Both the position numbers and the translations under genes were made by a program. DNA of 63,831 nt, the filler included. It is 6 parts of 6 records of this genome, joined end to end, with 100 filler letters (N's around TTAATTAATTAA, not from the genome) between each part and the next. Parts side by side here need not be neighbours in the genome. Positions count along the whole stretch, not along the records: positions 58,225 to 63,831 come from SRR31156797_4851; 5 more parts are not named here. The stretch is one strand, 5' to 3'. How positions within the stretch are numbered: position 1 is the stretch's first letter; every line of letters starts with the position of its first letter. Below, piece by piece: positions 60,941 through 63,831 of this stretch. The notes beneath the pieces were generated by a model. That model was given only the letters and a program-made list of their open reading frames with translations. It searched no databases and was not told the DNA's origin.

Positions 60941-60957
60941 TTAATTAGTTTAATTAA
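60941..60957. promoter_or_regulatory. Candidate LysR box
   Basis: TTAATTA-GTT-TAATTAA palindrome containing T-N11-A in the divergent lysR/mtnN region. Confidence 0.4.
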
Positions 60958-61060
60958 CTGAATAAAGTAGAAGCAATAATTTTACACGCTATCAAACCCT
61001 CCTTTATAGTGCAACGATTCTTGTAACCGGGAACAACAACATGGAACAAAGGATTTTAAA

Positions 61061-61810
61061 TTGAAAATAGGAATAATTGCAGCAATGGACGAGGAACTGA
61101 CATTGCTGATAGACCATCTGGACAAGGCCTGTTCAACACATTTCGGCCAATTCACCTTTCACACCGGACAGATCAAGGGCGTGGATGTGGCCTTGTTCCG
61201 TTGCGGCATCGGCAAGGTAAACGCCGCTGTCGGCACGACCCTGCTGCTGGATAAATTCATGCCGGACTATCTGATCAACACGGGGGTTGCCGGCGGTTTT
61301 CCCGATGGCGTTGACATCGGGGACGTGGTCATCTCTTCGGAGGTCCGGCATTATGATGCGGATGCTACGGCATTTGAATACGAAATCGGGCAGATTCCCC
61401 AAATGCCCCCGGCTTACGGGGCGGATGGTCATCTCATGGACCTGGCGCGCAAGGCCTGCCGTTCCTGCAAGGATATGGTCGTACATCAGGGTGCGATTCT
61501 TTCCGGAGACGCCTTTGTGCATACCAAAGAGCAAATTGCATATATCGCTGAGAAATTTCCCGATGTCATGGCCGTGGAAATGGAGGGCGCCGCCATTGCC
61601 CAGACCGGATTTCTCTTCGAGGTGCCCTTCATCCTGATCCGAACCATTTCCGATAAAGTCCGGGATCCGGGCAGCATCGCTGTTTACGAAAACTGCATGG
61701 AAAAAGCGGCTGAAAACTCAGCAAAGATAGTGATAGGCATACTTGATAATATTCAGGGAGGAAAAGATGGAAAAGATAGAAAGCTTCAAGATAGATCACA
61801 CGCGGCTTAA
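61061..61810 (+). CDS. mtnN: 5'-methylthioadenosine/S-adenosylhomocysteine nucleosidase
   Basis: [42 protein letters not shown]. Confidence 0.95.
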   Translation: MKIGIIAAMDEELTLLIDHLDKACSTHFGQFTFHTGQIKGVDVALFRCGIGKVNAAVGTTLLLDKFMPDYLINTGVAGGFPDGVDIGDVVISSEVRHYDADATAFEYEIGQIPQMPPAYGADGHLMDLARKACRSCKDMVVHQGAILSGDAFVHTKEQIAYIAEKFPDVMAVEMEGAAIAQTGFLFEVPFILIRTISDKVRDPGSIAVYENCMEKAAENSAKIVIGILDNIQGGKDGKDRKLQDRSHAA

Positions 61811-62246
61811 GCGGGGCATTTATGTTTCCCGCAAGGACGGGGTGGGGTCAAACACGGTAACGACGTTTGACCTGCGCATGAAGGAGCCGAACAATGAGCC
61901 GGTCCTCACCCCGGCGGCAGCCCATACCATCGAACACATCGGCGCCACTTTTCTGCGTAACCATTCCGAGTTCGGCAACAAAATACTCTACTTCGGCCCC
62001 ATGGGTTGCCTGACGGGATTCTACCTGCTTTTAAGCGATGATTTCGATTCAAAAGAAATCGTTCCCCTCATCCGGGAACTCTTCAGATTTGCTGCGGACT
62101 TCGAAGGTGCCGTCCCCGGCGCAACGCCGGTTGAATGCGGAAACCATACCCTGATGGATCTTCCCCTGGCCAAACTGGAAGCAAAAAAATATTTTGAAGA
62201 GGTGCTGAACGGAATTGATGACGAAAATCTAGTTTATCCGGAATAA
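61767..62246 (+). CDS. luxS: S-ribosylhomocysteine lyase
   Basis: SFKIDH, HTIEH metal motif, [22 protein letters not shown] before the ATG at 61767. Confidence 0.96.
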   Translation: MEKIESFKIDHTRLKRGIYVSRKDGVGSNTVTTFDLRMKEPNNEPVLTPAAAHTIEHIGATFLRNHSEFGNKILYFGPMGCLTGFYLLLSDDFDSKEIVPLIRELFRFAADFEGAVPGATPVECGNHTLMDLPLAKLEAKKYFEEVLNGIDDENLVYPE

Positions 62247-62271
62247 AGGTTGAAACAAAAAGCGAAGACAC

Positions 62272-62308
62272 TCCGGTACTGGTGACGCCTTGGATCACCA
62301 ATACCGGA
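62272..62308. repeat. Conserved hairpin, copy 2 (terminator/REP-like)
   Basis: TCCGGTACTGGTGA-CGCCTTGGA-TCACCAATACCGGA, homologous to copy 1. Confidence 0.7.
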
Positions 62309-62330
62309 AACTAGTAAAACCAGATTACGC

Positions 62331-62984
62331 TTACCTGGGTGCCATGCGAATCACGTTTTCCGGGCATGAGGACACACAGAGCCCGCATCCGTAACATTGA
62401 TCCGGGTCATACACCATCTCTCCGTCCACCTGTTTCCTGGCATCATAATAACACCGGTCCACACATTCAAAACAGGCGGTGCACATATCGGCCTCATCCC
62501 GGGCGATATAGTCGGACTTTACGGTGAACCAGCGGATATTGTGTGTTTTCAGCAAGCGGAATCCCACGCAACAACAGGAGCAGCAGCTGCACAGGGAACA
62601 AATTTCCTGGCCGGGCTTATAAAAAGTCAGGTGAATCAGTCCTTTTTGGTCGGCGTCCCTGATAACATCCAGGGCTTCCTGTCTGGAAAGGGGGTCTGCC
62701 TCGCCGCTGCTGATTTTTTTCCCAGCGGAGCTGTTGAACACCAGGCAGACACGAACAGGATTATCACAGTTTTGATACTCTTTCCGGCAGACACAATCGG
62801 TCACCCCGATGATCTCCGCGGCCATGATCAGATCTTCTACCTGGGACAGGGGAACCACCTGCTGCATACTGCTCACCGATTGGGCCACCGGGATCACTTT
62901 TGTGGGGTAGTTTACTTTTTTTTCTTTCAGCCAGGGTTCATACTCTTCGATAAAATCCCGTTCAAAATCATCCAGTTCGTGCAT
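62331..62984 (-). CDS. 4Fe-4S dicluster / Cys-rich iron-sulfur protein
   Basis: CVCR...C...C, CSCCSCCC, CTACFECVDRC, CYGCGLCVSSCP. Confidence 0.88.
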   Translation of the reverse strand: MHELDDFERDFIEEYEPWLKEKKVNYPTKVIPVAQSVSSMQQVVPLSQVEDLIMAAEIIGVTDCVCRKEYQNCDNPVRVCLVFNSSAGKKISSGEADPLSRQEALDVIRDADQKGLIHLTFYKPGQEICSLCSCCSCCCVGFRLLKTHNIRWFTVKSDYIARDEADMCTACFECVDRCYYDARKQVDGEMVYDPDQCYGCGLCVSSCPENVIRMAPR

Positions 62985-63269
62985 GCCGTCTCCATTCAGT
63001 TCGATAAGTATAATCCATAACCAGCTTCAGCTTCTGACAGGCCGCTCTAATTTCAACCGGCACCCGTAGCCCTCCATCTATACCCCACGTCCCTGTTTTA
63101 ATAAACCCCTAACCTGAATTTCACTTCATCATCACATTGGCATGTCATGTTTCTCTTGCTTTAAAGCGTAAATCCAATTTGCGGCAAATAAGACCGAAAC
63201 CGTTTTTTCTGGCACCAACCCCAAGGGCCCGGATGGTTCGGCCCGAAAAAAAAAAGAGGAAAAGACACA

Positions 63270-63831
63270 ATGAAATTCTCAACGTATTTAAGCCCCCTTG
63301 CTTCAACCCTGTGCACCCTGTCCCTTGTTTTCACATTCACCATGGCGAACGCCGCCCCCCCAAAAACCAAGCAGCATTTCACCCCGCCAAAGTACATTTT
63401 TTATTTTATCGGTGACGGCATGGCCAGTGTACAGATCCATGCGGCGGAAGCCTACCTTGCATCCCTCCAGACCCCGGATGAGCTCCCGGGCGAAACCAAA
63501 TTCGCGCCCCTTGCCATGAGTCAATTCCCGGTGCAGGGCATGATCACCACCCATGCGGACAACCGGTTCATAACAGGTTCGGCTGCTGCCGGAACAGCCC
63601 TTGCCTGCGGGAAAAAAACAAGCATCGGCACCATCGCCATGAATCCTTCGGGCACCACCCCCTACACCACCATTGCTGAACTTGCCAAGGCAAAGGGAAT
63701 GAAGGTGGGAATTGTCTCAAGCGTATCCATCGACCATGCCACCCCTGCGGTTTTCTACGCCCACCAGCCGTCCCGTAAGAACTACCACGAAATTTCCATG
63801 GCCCTTGCCAACAGTGATTTTGACTATTTCG
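63270..63831 (+). CDS. phoA: Alkaline phosphatase, exported (3'-truncated)
   Basis: Missing from the ORF track. Manual translation gives a signal peptide, KYIFYFIGDGM, ITGSAAAGTALACGKKT, GIVSSVSIDHATPAVFYAHQPSR. Confidence 0.9.
   Translation, partial: MKFSTYLSPLASTLCTLSLVFTFTMANAAPPKTKQHFTPPKYIFYFIGDGMASVQIHAAEAYLASLQTPDELPGETKFAPLAMSQFPVQGMITTHADNRFITGSAAAGTALACGKKTSIGTIAMNPSGTTPYTTIAELAKAKGMKVGIVSSVSIDHATPAVFYAHQPSRKNYHEISMALANSDFDYF

Noticed and set aside
27608-62246. Apparent methyl-cycle cluster (metH, SAM riboswitch, mtnN, luxS)
   Set aside because: The genes lie on different contigs from different organisms, so the co-occurrence is an artefact of concatenation.
62397-63020. 207-aa plus-strand ORF
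   Set aside because: Antisense shadow of the clear 4Fe-4S protein gene.

Overview
The window is not one locus. It is six unrelated contigs joined by artificial 100-nt spacers (N-run, TTAATTAATTAA, N-run) at 20535-20634, 35723-35822, 43190-43289, 50664-50763 and 58125-58224. Taxonomic labels below are inferred from gene content and composition. Contig 1 (1-20534, Bacteroidota-like) is an AraC-controlled cluster of aldo/keto reductases, hydrolases, PQQ-like propellers, a DUF362-T9SS fusion and a flavodoxin-like protein, with candidate operators and sRNAs. Contig 2 (20635-35722, very AT-rich, Fusobacteriota-like) has a multi-SBP sensor kinase, an Amt-GGDEF fusion, SAM-I riboswitch-controlled metH, an MCP and marR-rarD-GNAT. 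Contig 3 (35823-43189, FCB/Marinimicrobia-like) has membrane proteins, a secreted serine hydrolase, an AddB-like nuclease and two four-helix-bundle genes (one intact, one decayed). Each four-helix-bundle gene is enclosed by its own heptamer-periodic inverted repeats; this is the most intriguing signal in the window. Contig 4 (43290-50663, Bacteroidota-like) has an SGNH-SGNH-MBOAT O-acetylation operon, an Omp85-like protein, a TonB-like protein and a candidate sRNA. Contig 5 (50764-58124, Desulfobacterota-like) has a yhcG pseudogene, a conserved hypothetical, psd, CMD-cooC-DUF3786 behind a structured leader, and an acyl-CoA synthetase. Contig 6 (58225-63831, Desulfobacterota-like) has aor, a LysR-mtnN-luxS module bracketed by covarying hairpins, a 4Fe-4S protein and a partial alkaline phosphatase. 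No rRNA, tRNA, CRISPR array or transposase was seen.
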